Translations under genes and position numbers: made by a program
Shown: positions 10,361 through 22,380 of the stretch, one piece after another
Numbering within the stretch: the first letter of the stretch is position 1
Layout of the letters: each line of letters starts with the position of its first letter
The notes under the pieces: model-generated
Seen by the model: the letters and a program-made list of their open reading frames with translations, nothing else
What the model was told of the DNA's origin: nothing
The model's database searches: none
IMG/VR virus record: IMGVR_UViG_3300028654_000001
Coordinates: 434,001-498,000 of that record
Length of the DNA: 64,000 nt
Strand: one strand, 5' to 3'

Positions 10361-11462
10361 TGAGATTGGCTATAACCTTTGGAATAACATCTCCAGCTCG
10401 TACAACAAGGATCTTGCAACCTTTGAATAACCCAAGTTTTTGAATGTACCTCCAATTGTAAAGACTTGCATTCACTACTTTCACCCCAAGGAGATTAACT
10501 TCATCAAAGTTGGCAACAGGAGTAATCCTTCCAGTGCTACCAGTCTGCCAAGTGATCCCTCTAAGAGTACTCTCCCTGGATACAGGAGCGAATTTAAAGG
10601 CTATGGCTCCAATAGGGCGCATGTCCTTCTCGCCTAGAGCAAATTGCTTGTTCAGATCGTTGACCCCTATTACCAACCCGTCAATATCGTAGTCAATCTG
10701 ATCTCTCTTGGTCTTCTGGTACTCAACCCAAACATCCTGAGGGGTACGCGAAGACGTCCACCAGGGAGTCGACAACCCAAGACTCTCGATGAACTGGTAT
10801 TGCTGCTCTTCGGTAAGAGGGGTCGCTAATGAGTAGGTAGGGGGGACCTTCCCATGAATAGTAAGCTTGTAGAACAAAACTGTGAGGTGTTCACACCCGC
10901 GGCCGTCATACCGCTTGGCAAGCCCAGAAGCAGCATTCCTTGTATTGGCATAGACATCCTTGAAGTGGGCCGCAAGGTCACTTCTTCGAAGTATGACCTC
11001 CCCACGGACTGAACAAGAGATCTTCCCAGGAATCTGGTCTGGGACCCCCTTCATCCTCTTTGCATTGACCGTAATGTCCTCACCAATTTTACCATCCCCA
11101 CGGGTCACAGCTTGAGTCAACTTGCCATTGACGTACTTGACCTTGAGAGAGATCCCATCCAGCTTCTCGGAGATGACAACCTTCCCGTCGGGAGCGTAGG
11201 TCTGAAGCCAATCAGCTATCTCCTCTGGGGTGTTCACCTTGTTGAGGGACCCCATGGGGGTGTCGTGCTTGACCTTCAGCCACTCGGAGACAGGGGGAGA
11301 CCCGACTTCAGCTAGAATGGAGCTGAAGGCGTCTAGATCGTTTAGCTCATCCACCCAAGCATCGAAGACCTCATCGGAAACTGTAGGGGTCTTATTGTAG
11401 TAGTCATCACGGGCTTTCTTGATGAGCCCCTGGAGCTCAATAATCCGATCTTCATCAGCCAT
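10341..11462 (-). CDS. ligA: NAD-dependent DNA ligase, N-terminal part (adenylation and OB domains)
   Basis: SDEVFD, PMGSL, EKLDG, TRGDG, RGEV, RNAASG, DGLV, AFKF, TGRITPV, RAGDVIPKV. Confidence 0.93.
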   Translation of the reverse strand: MADEDRIIELQGLIKKARDDYYNKTPTVSDEVFDAWVDELNDLDAFSSILAEVGSPPVSEWLKVKHDTPMGSLNKVNTPEEIADWLQTYAPDGKVVISEKLDGISLKVKYVNGKLTQAVTRGDGKIGEDITVNAKRMKGVPDQIPGKISCSVRGEVILRRSDLAAHFKDVYANTRNAASGLAKRYDGRGCEHLTVLFYKLTIHGKVPPTYSLATPLTEEQQYQFIESLGLSTPWWTSSRTPQDVWVEYQKTKRDQIDYDIDGLVIGVNDLNKQFALGEKDMRPIGAIAFKFAPVSRESTLRGITWQTGSTGRITPVANFDEVNLLGVKVVNASLYNWRYIQKLGLFKGCKILVVRAGDVIPKVIANLSEDPNG

Positions 11463-11465
11463 GGC

Positions 11466-11768
11466 TTAGTTGGCCTCAGACTTACGTGGGTCAAGTACAA
11501 CAACCGGACTCGGCGAGGTCTCAAGCTTATTTGCATACTCCTCTAGGGTTGTCACAGAAGCCAGCGGAGTAATGATCAACCTAACCTCTTGACCCTTGAG
11601 GTGGGCAATAGCTGGAATTGGGTCGAACGAGAGTGGGTTTCCTTGTTGGTCAACAGTTCTAATCGTGACCCTGTCGTCCATGGGATCGATCTCGACAATT
11701 CCTTCTACGAGATGAATGTTGAGCGCCTTGAAGTCCAGCTTGTTTTCATCAGCCACGGATGTCTCCAA
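11466..11768 (-). CDS. Hypothetical protein
   Basis: Co-oriented 100-aa ORF abutting the ligase start. Confidence 0.6.
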   Translation of the reverse strand: METSVADENKLDFKALNIHLVEGIVEIDPMDDRVTIRTVDQQGNPLSFDPIPAIAHLKGQEVRLIITPLASVTTLEEYANKLETSPSPVVVLDPRKSEAN

Positions 11769-11826
11769 AATGAGGAAAGCCCCCTCCTAGTAACACCGGG
11801 AGGGGACTTTACCTGAGATAAATTCG

Positions 11827-13770
11827 TCATCTTATCGGGCATACACCCGAACTGCACTCCTCAGCTTCCATATCTCCGCCACGTACCAGCGGATGGTCAT
11901 GTTGGATCTGAGCGTAGAGTTCTTCATATATATCTTTGCTTACGCTTTCATAGGGTGGCTGTGCATAACCATGAACTTTTGGCAAAGTCGAAGTACTCTT
12001 GAGATAAGGCACATACTCTTTAAGACAAGTGGCAAGTTCACCCCTCTCACTCTCCCCGAATGACAGAGTAGCCGAGACAGCATTGTCTGCCCAGGACTCT
12101 TGAACAGCCTTCTGTCGGTCGAACTGATCCCGAATGGTCTCAGTCTGAACAGTTACCTTTGCATCTGACTTCATTGGAAATGCAAAGGCCCAAGTATGCC
12201 CGCTATTGTCGTAGATGTCATCTTCGAAGGGAACACCTGCTTCCATCATGGCAAGCGCCATTGGGTCATTCTTGGCAATCCTAGTTCTACGAATGTAATA
12301 AGGGGCGTAGGCAGCATGGATGCCTGGACTCGAGCCATTGAGAAGAGATATAGTTCCGGAAGGCTTAACAGTGGTGACCGCAATCGGGTCACTAACCCCA
12401 AGCTCCTTCGAGTATGAAGTTGCCTCATCCCTGCAGAGTTGGTACCAACGGCTGAGTTGGTTGTTGGTCCAATCGAAGTCACAGAGACCCCCGAGACCAA
12501 CCCCAACACGCATGTTCTGCTTTTGAACTGTGTCAGCCTTTAGGTCAGACAACGGAGTTAGCCTCTGCCGTAGGCAGTATCTGGTGATCAGTCGGAACAC
12601 CAAGTCTGAATCAGTCGAATCTTCGAACTTAGCTGGGAAAACTTCAGCAAGGTTACAAGCTTCACGATCATGAAGTGGAACCTCACCACAGGGGTTAACG
12701 CCTTTCGCACCAGGATCAGTTTTCCATACCAATGGTAGATTCAGTATACCTGGCTCACCACTGCCATTCTCGGCCATATCAGCAACAAGTGAATCCCAAT
12801 CGAAGTTCTGTAGCTGTTCCCAAGATCTGAAAGCAATCGAGTTGTTCGAAGTATGGCGGTGAGAGATCACCATATCCATATCCTTCTTAGCATCACGGAA
12901 AGCTTGGTCATAAGCATCTCCGATTGTAATCAAAGCAGATCTACGAACGTTACCAGCCTTAATGCAAAGACCGATATAGTTGGTGATGTCGAGAGCTTCA
13001 ACACTATTAACCCGTCGACCAGCTGCTCCACGTACAATCGACCATGCATTGCGTAGAAGCTTAGTAAGTGGTCCAGGGCCGCAAGCAATTCCACCGAAGG
13101 TTCTAATTGGTAGCCCTCGAGCTCTAACTTCAGATACATCAATTATTAAGTCTTTTGCGTTGAAAGCAGAGGACAGGACTGTTCGAAGAGCCTCTACCCA
13201 ACCCTCACGTGAGTCAGGAACCTTGAATATGGGTGTTTGCCCGTTGAGAAACTCTTTTGGTTCAGGGCTTACTTCAGAGATATTTTCGTGAGTCTCTGAA
13301 CAATGAACTGCAAAACGAACTGCTGGTGTTCGCTGAACTACTGGTAGAGCGTCGACCTCATTCAGCCCAACCCCTACCCCGCCTCCGAGCATTAGTTGAT
13401 TGGCAGTCCAGCACCAATCATCGATCCCGTAGAGGGTTGTGTACCAGCAGTTGTACCGAGCATCCGCCGGAATACCCTCGACCCCACCAGTCCATAAACC
13501 ACGCCCAGGAGGAAGAGCCTGACCCGTCCAGAATAGATGAAAGAGACTCTTGGCTTCACTCTCATTTGTGGAAGCTGCCAACGAGAGATTGGACTCAACA
13601 ACTCTCCGAATGGTATCCGTCCAGGTCTCGTTATCCCTGCAGTACTTCGTCAGGTATGTTGACCTAGCGAGCAGACTCTGAAATGGATCCCCTTTTCTAT
13701 AGTAAGGGCTCAGAAAGTCTACAGAAAAGTGATACCTGGTTGGTTTCAGAGTGGCATTTACGATCAACAT
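11827..13770 (-). CDS. nrdJ: Class II (B12-dependent) ribonucleotide reductase
   Basis: PPGRGLW, YNC, GGGVG, DSREGW, GNVRRSA, NPCGE, CNLAE, TVKPSGT, C-terminal CSSGVCPIR. Confidence 0.92.
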   Translation of the reverse strand: MLIVNATLKPTRYHFSVDFLSPYYRKGDPFQSLLARSTYLTKYCRDNETWTDTIRRVVESNLSLAASTNESEAKSLFHLFWTGQALPPGRGLWTGGVEGIPADARYNCWYTTLYGIDDWCWTANQLMLGGGVGVGLNEVDALPVVQRTPAVRFAVHCSETHENISEVSPEPKEFLNGQTPIFKVPDSREGWVEALRTVLSSAFNAKDLIIDVSEVRARGLPIRTFGGIACGPGPLTKLLRNAWSIVRGAAGRRVNSVEALDITNYIGLCIKAGNVRRSALITIGDAYDQAFRDAKKDMDMVISHRHTSNNSIAFRSWEQLQNFDWDSLVADMAENGSGEPGILNLPLVWKTDPGAKGVNPCGEVPLHDREACNLAEVFPAKFEDSTDSDLVFRLITRYCLRQRLTPLSDLKADTVQKQNMRVGVGLGGLCDFDWTNNQLSRWYQLCRDEATSYSKELGVSDPIAVTTVKPSGTISLLNGSSPGIHAAYAPYYIRRTRIAKNDPMALAMMEAGVPFEDDIYDNSGHTWAFAFPMKSDAKVTVQTETIRDQFDRQKAVQESWADNAVSATLSFGESERGELATCLKEYVPYLKSTSTLPKVHGYAQPPYESVSKDIYEELYAQIQHDHPLVRGGDMEAEECSSGVCPIR

Positions 13771-13786
13771 CTTTGGCCGAGCTCCT

Positions 13787-14764
13787 TCAAGAGGCGAGAT
13801 CCAGTACAGCTAGCTCAATCAAAGTTCTTCGATGGCTAGTCCGCTTCAGGTCTACATCTAATTTACATAGGTTCTGCATTGCTTTGAGTAATCGAGCCAC
13901 AGTCTGCCTCTCAACTTGAGGAAGGAGTGACTTCTTGAATCGATATGGGTGCATACCAATACCGGCTGCAGCTTCATCGGGTGTGGCACCTTTATCTATC
14001 ATTGACCGAGCCACAAATATTCTCTCTACACCCTTGATGAGAGCCCCAAGAATCATTAGAGATGGATCGTCCACTGCATACCGATACAGATCAGACAGCA
14101 TGGATAGTGCCTTCTTAGGGGATCTCATGAAAGCAGCTTCAGCAACATCCCAGGATTCAACAGTGCTAGTTGGTGTCATCACCAACCTAAGGTGATCAAC
14201 TGTAACAGTACCCTTACCAACTAGTAACTTCAGCTTACCTAGCTCACTCGAAAGTCTGTATAGATCACCACCATCAACTTGAAACATTGCTTTGGCAAGT
14301 TGAATATTCAGGTCAAGTCTGATCCGACTAGCCTCTTCCGAGATCCACTTCACTACTTCGTTCTTATCGTCCCAGGTTTTGAACTTCTTGTGCTCAAGGA
14401 GTGTAACCCTAGATCCAAGTTTAGTCCAAAAGGCTGGTACAGACGCGGCTCTCACCACAACTGCCAACACAGATGAAACGTCAGTAGCATCCCGGCCTTC
14501 TAAGTAAGACTTGAGATACTTGTCTGGCTTGATCTTGTGACCGTTATCCAACACAACAACACGAGGTTGAATGTTAGTAGGATCATCATAGTCAATGTGG
14601 TAAGTCTCACACGCTCCGACAACTGTTGCTTCATTTACTAAGGCACCATCCAACCTAGTAATTGCATAACCCTTCTGGTCACGGAACGCATTCAAATCTC
14701 GGTCTAATAGAAAGGGCTCCTCTCCAAAAGACACGACTACTGGGGTTGTGAACCTATATCCCAT
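13787..14764 (-). CDS. holA: DNA polymerase III delta (HolA)-like clamp-loader subunit
   Basis: FGEEPFL, ELGKLKL, GMHPYR, LCKLDVDLK pattern; adjacent to delta'. Confidence 0.8.
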   Translation of the reverse strand: MGYRFTTPVVVSFGEEPFLLDRDLNAFRDQKGYAITRLDGALVNEATVVGACETYHIDYDDPTNIQPRVVVLDNGHKIKPDKYLKSYLEGRDATDVSSVLAVVVRAASVPAFWTKLGSRVTLLEHKKFKTWDDKNEVVKWISEEASRIRLDLNIQLAKAMFQVDGGDLYRLSSELGKLKLLVGKGTVTVDHLRLVMTPTSTVESWDVAEAAFMRSPKKALSMLSDLYRYAVDDPSLMILGALIKGVERIFVARSMIDKGATPDEAAAGIGMHPYRFKKSLLPQVERQTVARLLKAMQNLCKLDVDLKRTSHRRTLIELAVLDLAS

Positions 14765-14767
14765 GAT

Positions 14768-15781
14768 TCACTTCCCGCAAAACGTAGTTGCAAGAGCCGT
14801 TTTGAGCTGAAACCCTAAGTTTATGTAGGCAGACTCATTACGTTCAATCACACTACGGACAGCCACCCATAATTTGATCCAAGTACTCTGGGGGGCTCTA
14901 GCTCTCATAGTTGTTAGGTCTTCTTCTATATCCTGATTGACTACTCGAGACTTATCGACCTCTCCTATGAGCACATCGTGTATGAGGAAGGTCAGAAAAA
15001 GAAGAGCAAGAGATAGCTCTTTAGCTAACTCATCGATTGCAGAAAATGCAGAAGGAACGTCTCCTTGGACGCTGCTGTCCAACATATTGAACACACGATC
15101 TCTAACTGTGAGGCGGCTCGAACCCCAGTACCTAGTGGCCCGGCCTACCGAACCTTCTCCTAGTCTTGAGTAGACAAGGGCTTTACCGGGATCACTCTCG
15201 AACTTGGAGAGTCTCTCGAAAATGAAGGATTCTGGCAATCTACTATAATTGACTCTGCCACACCGTGACCGAATAGTAGGGATCACTCGATCAAAGGATT
15301 CTGCCAGCATGAAAAACCTGGATTGCGCTGGTGGCTCCTCTAACTTCTTGAGAATTGCGTTAGAAGCCGCTGGTGTCATCCTATCTACACCATCAACAAT
15401 GAAAAATCTGTATGGAGCTGAAACTGGGTAGCTTGTAGTCTTGAGCAATAATTCTCGAATCGGCTCAACTCCTATTTCTTTGTCTTCAACAGCAGATACT
15501 ACTAGTACATCAGGGTGACACCCATTATCCAGTTGTAATAGGTCAGGACTCGAAGCCCCGCGTTGAGCTATTAGGAGTTCTCTGATGGTCTCCACCACAG
15601 AAAACTTACGACCTACGCCCTCATCACCCACAAGAAGTAAGGGTTTCTGTGCGGAGCCCTCAATGAACTTCCTGAGATAGATAACGGCCGATTCCTGTCC
15701 AACTACGTCACTTAACACAGTCTTCCGGTGCTGGGAGGAGTGATTCGGGCTTGTCTGGTTCAACTGGATGCAAGACAACAC
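14768..15781 (-). CDS. holB: DNA polymerase III delta' (HolB)-like subunit (true start probably GTG at VLSDVVGQ)
   Basis: DVVGQE, GDEGVGR, HPDV, ASNAILKKLEEPP, PTIRSRC. Confidence 0.88.
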   Translation of the reverse strand: MLSCIQLNQTSPNHSSQHRKTVLSDVVGQESAVIYLRKFIEGSAQKPLLLVGDEGVGRKFSVVETIRELLIAQRGASSPDLLQLDNGCHPDVLVVSAVEDKEIGVEPIRELLLKTTSYPVSAPYRFFIVDGVDRMTPAASNAILKKLEEPPAQSRFFMLAESFDRVIPTIRSRCGRVNYSRLPESFIFERLSKFESDPGKALVYSRLGEGSVGRATRYWGSSRLTVRDRVFNMLDSSVQGDVPSAFSAIDELAKELSLALLFLTFLIHDVLIGEVDKSRVVNQDIEEDLTTMRARAPQSTWIKLWVAVRSVIERNESAYINLGFQLKTALATTFCGK

Positions 15782-15905
15782 GGACTTGATAGTTCTGACC
15801 GCACTTCACACAAACTAACCGTGTTACTTCCTGACCACTTGACCCGAGACTGCCTCCACAACCATCACGAGTACACCGCATCACGCCAGCTGCAGGATTC
15901 ATCAC
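15708..15905 (-). CDS. Small zinc-ribbon protein
   Basis: CxxxxC...CxxC, coupled to neighbours. Confidence 0.5.
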   Translation of the reverse strand: MMNPAAGVMRCTRDGCGGSLGSSGQEVTRLVCVKCGQNYQVRVVLHPVEPDKPESLLPAPEDCVK

Positions 15906-16582
15906 GTCTTCAGTAACCCGCGATTGACCAAAAACTGAAGTACATCCCCATAAATAGGATTATCAATGAGGGTACCAGACCTGACGGATTGCTCAGTAGT
16001 GGCCAACCAAGTATCGATATCAGCTGAGTTCCAGGACATCTTGTAATAAGACCACCCGACAAAGTAGCTCTTGATATTCTGCTTAAACTCAGTAGGTATC
16101 TCATTCGTCAACCAATACCGGACAGCTATAGTCATCGCATACCCACGCTTTTCAAGCTTAGTACGCCAGAAGCTTGGCCAAGGTAGCGCGGAGAGAATAG
16201 TCAGACCCAGTAAGATCAGCGATGACTTACAGGAGATGAAAGATGTAATGAGGGTTAGAATCAAGAAGGGGACAACCAACACTTGAGGTAATAGGTAGGA
16301 AATCCTGAACCATAGGGGTTGTCGTTTAGTGTCTAAGAGATGGACCCTTTCATGAGCCAATACCGAAAAGGATCCAGTAGGATCCTTTTCATACCCGATC
16401 TTTGTCGGAAAATAGACTATAGGGTAATAGGTACTAAAATACTTGGTCATGTAGGTTGGGTTGAAGAATAGCAACTTACCTAATAGTCTTTGACTCCAAG
16501 AATCAGACTTCCAGGCAATTTGAAAGTCGGGGATGAATCGTTTAGTATCTTCCTCAAAAGCTTGGAGATTAGATTGGTCCAT
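15902..16582 (-). CDS. Membrane protein with HExxH motif
   Basis: HERVH, two hydrophobic segments, EKRGY. Confidence 0.6.
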   Translation of the reverse strand: MDQSNLQAFEEDTKRFIPDFQIAWKSDSWSQRLLGKLLFFNPTYMTKYFSTYYPIVYFPTKIGYEKDPTGSFSVLAHERVHLLDTKRQPLWFRISYLLPQVLVVPFLILTLITSFISCKSSLILLGLTILSALPWPSFWRTKLEKRGYAMTIAVRYWLTNEIPTEFKQNIKSYFVGWSYYKMSWNSADIDTWLATTEQSVRSGTLIDNPIYGDVLQFLVNRGLLKT

Positions 16583-16592
16583 TTGTACCTAC

Positions 16593-16838
16593 TCAGAATC
16601 CTGCGTATCCGCCCGTGTTTACTGTCCAGGTATGCAGACACTTAATGCACTGGTAAGTCCTGTGATGGGGCTTTCCCATCACAGGGTTGTTAGCCCCACC
16701 AATCACAACTTCAATAGCTTGAACTGAATCACATTGCATCTCCGAGCGACACTTCATGTGAATGATGTTCTGCTTATTGACTTCAGCTTTGTTTGCTAGC
16801 CCGGGAGATGTACCTGCTGGGTCGAATCGATCTGCCAT
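16593..16838 (-). CDS. Small zinc-ribbon protein
   Basis: C-x5-C ... YQCIKCLHTW. Confidence 0.6.
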   Translation of the reverse strand: MADRFDPAGTSPGLANKAEVNKQNIIHMKCRSEMQCDSVQAIEVVIGGANNPVMGKPHHRTYQCIKCLHTWTVNTGGYAGF

Positions 16839-16849
16839 TTGATCTAATC

Positions 16850-17236
16850 CTAGTATGATGTTGGAAACTCTACAGTGAAGATCCCATTCAATGTATCCAA
16901 GATACGCTTATAGAGGGGATCCGTGATGTCAACGATTGATGCATCAAACACCTGATTAGAGGGGGTGAAGCACCAACTTGACTCAGGAACAATAGTGGTA
17001 TCAAAACTACCATCACTCAAGTAAGGAATGATCTTTACCCAATCATCCCACCTGACTATTACACTGAACAGACCAGGGTTGAATACCCGGACATAGGGAA
17101 CATCATTGAGTACACCTTTGGTAACCGAAGCCTGACGGCGGAAGTATGCCGTCATGGCTTTTGCTAACTCAGGAGTCTCTCGACGAGTCAGCCTCTCTGG
17201 GCGTTGTCCTGCAATGTAGAACAGCCTTTGATCCAC
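16850..17236 (-). CDS. Hypothetical protein
   Basis: Co-oriented 128-aa ORF. Confidence 0.55.
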   Translation of the reverse strand: MDQRLFYIAGQRPERLTRRETPELAKAMTAYFRRQASVTKGVLNDVPYVRVFNPGLFSVIVRWDDWVKIIPYLSDGSFDTTIVPESSWCFTPSNQVFDASIVDITDPLYKRILDTLNGIFTVEFPTSY

Positions 17237-17266
17237 ATCGTGGTGGATAGATAACTAATTTCGTAC

Positions 17267-18913
<1,647 letters not shown>

Positions 18914-18926
18914 TTAATCCTCAGAG

Positions 18927-19310
18927 CTACGTTTTATGAGACTTGTACACCGCTTCAATTTCCGCGGGGTCGAGATCAGGAATCTCTTCTGTCACGTAAG
19001 TTTTCGAGTAAACTAAATCGTGAACCCGTTGAGGGTTCAGGTCCCCTCGTCTTCGAATCCAAGGGCTAGAATCAGAAAGATTGCTGGTACGAACCTCCAA
19101 CCAACCAAGAAGATTCAGTAAAGCTAATTGGGTGGTTAGTGCAACACTTGACCATAATTCGACTTGTTGATCATCAATTATTGACACAACCCATTGTTTT
19201 TGGTCTTCGGTTGAGTTTACCTTGAAACCCCAGCCGGCTGGCAATCTGATAGTAATCTCTTGCTGAAGACGATCAGCATCCCAACTTGAAGCATCAAAGC
19301 CTAGCGACAT
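18927..19310 (-). CDS. Hypothetical protein
   Basis: 127-aa ORF with upstream GGTGTA motif. Confidence 0.6.
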   Translation of the reverse strand: MSLGFDASSWDADRLQQEITIRLPAGWGFKVNSTEDQKQWVVSIIDDQQVELWSSVALTTQLALLNLLGWLEVRTSNLSDSSPWIRRRGDLNPQRVHDLVYSKTYVTEEIPDLDPAEIEAVYKSHKT

Positions 19311-19313
19311 CAG

Positions 19314-19868
19314 CTAGGCTTTAATACACCAGAAGTCTAGCCCCAGAATGTACTTCGGGGGCACTGTTTCAACAAGCCAGACTTGGTTAGTGGATACGCG
19401 AAACAAGTATCCTTCCAGAACCATCTCTCGAGCTTGAACAGTGAGAACCGCTGGCTTGGGTCGCCGCTTGGTGGCTATTTCTAGGGCTTTGTCCTTGTTA
19501 GCAAAGAGATGAACATCGTGACGGTCCATCTTCAGAAGGCCCTTCTCCCTTATAGAATCGAAGTGATTCTTGGAGGTCCCATGATACAGAAACTCTGGGG
19601 GCTCTGAAGCTTCGTACTCGAGGTCTACCTCGATCGAGTGACCCTGACTTGCACGAATCCTCTTCTGATCTTCGCTGAACTCGAACCTTTTCTTGTCGTT
19701 CTTCGAGACTACCTCAGTCAAATCGAAGAACGACCAGCCCACTGCCTTCAGGAGCTCATTCACTGAGGCCCAGCCGGCCGAGTCCAGAGCAAGCCCAACT
19801 TTACCAGGGTTGTGCCGGAGGATTAGGCTCAAGTACTTGCTCTTCTTGACTAATGACTTAGCATCCAT
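19314..19868 (-). CDS. kptA: RNA 2'-phosphotransferase Tpt1/KptA
   Basis: SKYLSLILRH, NDKKRF, IRASQGHS, LYHGT, MDRHDVHL, VWL. Confidence 0.95.
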   Translation of the reverse strand: MDAKSLVKKSKYLSLILRHNPGKVGLALDSAGWASVNELLKAVGWSFFDLTEVVSKNDKKRFEFSEDQKRIRASQGHSIEVDLEYEASEPPEFLYHGTSKNHFDSIREKGLLKMDRHDVHLFANKDKALEIATKRRPKPAVLTVQAREMVLEGYLFRVSTNQVWLVETVPPKYILGLDFWCIKA

Positions 19869-19902
19869 AGGATCTCAGACATTCTTATTCCTTGGGCCTA
19901 AC

Positions 19903-20145
19903 TTAACTCCAAGCTTTCAACCTATGAAAGACAAACGACTCTTCTCCATACTTGTTCCAAGCGGATTGAAGATGAGGTGAGTGATGCCTCCCACTCCTGA
20001 GTAGATGAACATGTAAAACCCATCTTTTCCTGAAGTTACTAGTGCTACTTACATAAAAGTTGTGATTCACCTTATTGTGAATCACGTACACACCACCAAG
20101 AGGTAGAGGATCTTCTTGGTACGTCTTGTAGCACTCACAGGTCAT
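19903..20145 (-). pseudogene. Truncated GIY-YIG endonuclease
   Basis: GVY...FYVSS...RW..H..LL...HHSPHLQSAWNKYG; ends before the catalytic Glu helix. Confidence 0.6.
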
Positions 20146-20705
20146 CGATTACGGGACTCCTGAAGCATTCTAATGAATAAAGCCCCTTGTTCTACGGCAT
20201 CATCCAATGCAACATGAGTGTGCGGAGGAAGCCCCTCAAACCACCTTCGAGGCATGGTCTTCTTCGTGGTTCCTCTAAAGTTGGTCTTTAGTAGTGCCAT
20301 AGCGAAGGTTTTCATATCCAAAGCTGAGAAGCTGAAGATACTAGTACCTAGGAATCGCACCAAATACCAGTGGACGAACTCAAAGTCAAACCCAGCCGGA
20401 TATCCGACAAAAACAGGACTCAACTTAATACGTTTTACCCAATCAGCATACATGCTCATAGCCTCCCTTGGGGGAACAATAGCCTTCCGGCATTCAGCCC
20501 ATTGCTTCGGACGCTCGCTCCACCATTTCATAGTGTCAGGGTGTCCAGAAGCTTCAGGGAGGGTTTCAAGGTTTACAGTGAAAGTACTCACTAAGTCCCC
20601 GTTAGCCCTGTAAGCTGCTGCCCCAAGACTAAGCATTGAATGTGGACCTGGGATAGGCCCGTCGGTTTCCACATCGGTGGAAACATAGATTTCGTCATTA
20701 TACAT
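20142..20705 (-). CDS. DEDDh 3'-5' exonuclease (RNase AS-like)
   Basis: [26 protein letters not shown]. Confidence 0.85.
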   Translation of the reverse strand: MYNDEIYVSTDVETDGPIPGPHSMLSLGAAAYRANGDLVSTFTVNLETLPEASGHPDTMKWWSERPKQWAECRKAIVPPREAMSMYADWVKRIKLSPVFVGYPAGFDFEFVHWYLVRFLGTSIFSFSALDMKTFAMALLKTNFRGTTKKTMPRRWFEGLPPHTHVALDDAVEQGALFIRMLQESRNR

Positions 20706-20722
20706 TTTCCCCTCAAATACAC

Positions 20723-20752
20723 CAAGGGCTCCGATTCACACCGGAGCCCTTG
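20723..20752 (-). terminator. Hairpin after vWA gene
   Basis: caagggctccg/cggagcccttg inverted repeat. Confidence 0.45.
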
Positions 20753-20764
20753 ACTATCACCTTA

Positions 20765-22204
20765 CTACCACTGATTAATTCGACGCTTTGATAGGCTACC
20801 CTTACTCTCCACCTTGATAGGTTCAGGAGGGGTGATCACCGGAGTATTCACTACTGGATCCGGAGCCACGAAGTTGGATACCATGGCTTCCTGAACGTAG
20901 TTCATCCCGCCACCATAACCAGCATCCTTCAGTACAGCTGAATCCTCCACAGCCAGACCAGAGGTACCAACCCGACGGCGCATGGCATTATGTAAACCCA
21001 ATCGATTACCACCACTGGAAGAATACTGATGGGAATCCACGTACATGCCTTGAACGTGAGCTGCAACCGCTGCAACCCCAACGTGACCTCGGTCAGTCAA
21101 ACCAAGCCCGTCGAACATACCTCTGGCCGCAGAGAAGTCACCTCGAGTAGCAGCTTCTTCCGCTCGAGTCTGAACCTTGACCAACTGGGCTCGTGCCACC
21201 AACTCGTCAACAGCTTTGGTTGGAGTCGTCTGCTCCTCCCCAGGCTTCACGAACTGAATCTTGGCGTTAACCTCTTCGTTCTTCTGCTCAAACTGACCAT
21301 CATAACCTAGAACCTTATAGGCCAGCTTCAGACCAATAGCATTAACCTGACGCGGACCCGGTTGCTTCTGAGTAGCCAGCTTCACCGCGATTACGACGTC
21401 CATAGTCTCCTCAGAAAGGATCTGAGGGATCTTAATCAGGGCTTCGCCAGTGGTCTCTTCCTCCACCTCGAGGTCAGAGACGACCTCGATAACCTGGTTG
21501 CCATTATGAGGGGCTACCTCGATGGTCAGGTTCTGAGCATAGCTGCTCAGCAGCCCACCAAGCTCCTTACCGAAGGCCGCGAGGGCATCATCTGGGTTCT
21601 GAACCCAGGCAAAGTTACCCTTACCCTTCTCAGCGAGGTTGGACAGCAGGGAGTGCACAACATCCTGACCGTAACCAAAAGCGGAGACAGTTGCTCGACC
21701 CGCTTGCTTCTCAACCAACGTACAGATTCCATCTGCGTTGGTCACCCCGTGCGTGGGTTGCCCGTCGGTGAACATGATCACTCGAACGAGGGTGGTAGTC
21801 GACACATCGAGCTCATTGGCAGTCTTAAACCCAAGGAGCATCCCATCTGAGAAATTGGTGCACCCTTGTACCTGGTACTGATTGATGATGCTCTTAGCCT
21901 TAGCTTTGAACTCAGCTGTCACCTTTTCAGGTGGAAGATCGACCTTGGCCGTATCAGAAAAGCTCACCAAGCCAAAAGTATCTTCACTAGTCAGATTCTC
22001 AACCATCTTGTGGAGAGAACGCTTTGCATACTCGAGCTTGCTACCCCTCATCGAGGTTGAAGTATCGAGGACTGGGATTATGCAGAGTGGGGGCCGTTTA
22101 GCCTGCCAATCACTTCGCGGGGCCGTAAGGCTCAAAACGAGGTGAAGGTTATTGTCTTGGTCAAAACGGACTTTTTCAAATGTAAATTGGGGATTTAGTT
22201 TCAT
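20765..22204 (-). CDS. von Willebrand factor A domain protein
   Basis: MIDAS DTSTSM, GCTN, FTDGQP, AFGYG. Confidence 0.9.
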   Translation of the reverse strand: MKLNPQFTFEKVRFDQDNNLHLVLSLTAPRSDWQAKRPPLCIIPVLDTSTSMRGSKLEYAKRSLHKMVENLTSEDTFGLVSFSDTAKVDLPPEKVTAEFKAKAKSIINQYQVQGCTNFSDGMLLGFKTANELDVSTTTLVRVIMFTDGQPTHGVTNADGICTLVEKQAGRATVSAFGYGQDVVHSLLSNLAEKGKGNFAWVQNPDDALAAFGKELGGLLSSYAQNLTIEVAPHNGNQVIEVVSDLEVEEETTGEALIKIPQILSEETMDVVIAVKLATQKQPGPRQVNAIGLKLAYKVLGYDGQFEQKNEEVNAKIQFVKPGEEQTTPTKAVDELVARAQLVKVQTRAEEAATRGDFSAARGMFDGLGLTDRGHVGVAAVAAHVQGMYVDSHQYSSSGGNRLGLHNAMRRRVGTSGLAVEDSAVLKDAGYGGGMNYVQEAMVSNFVAPDPVVNTPVITPPEPIKVESKGSLSKRRINQW

Positions 22205-22380
22205 GGGGCACTTTCGCTAATGCAATGGGTTTTGCTTCAGATGTGGAACCTGGACAGTGGTTCCCAAATCCAAAACGATCCGATTACGTCCGCGACTTTG
22301 CCCAAACCCCTCAGGGTGCGACTAGGTCGATTCAAGAGACCCAAGCGTGAGCGCGGTCTCGGTACTGACTATTACACCAA

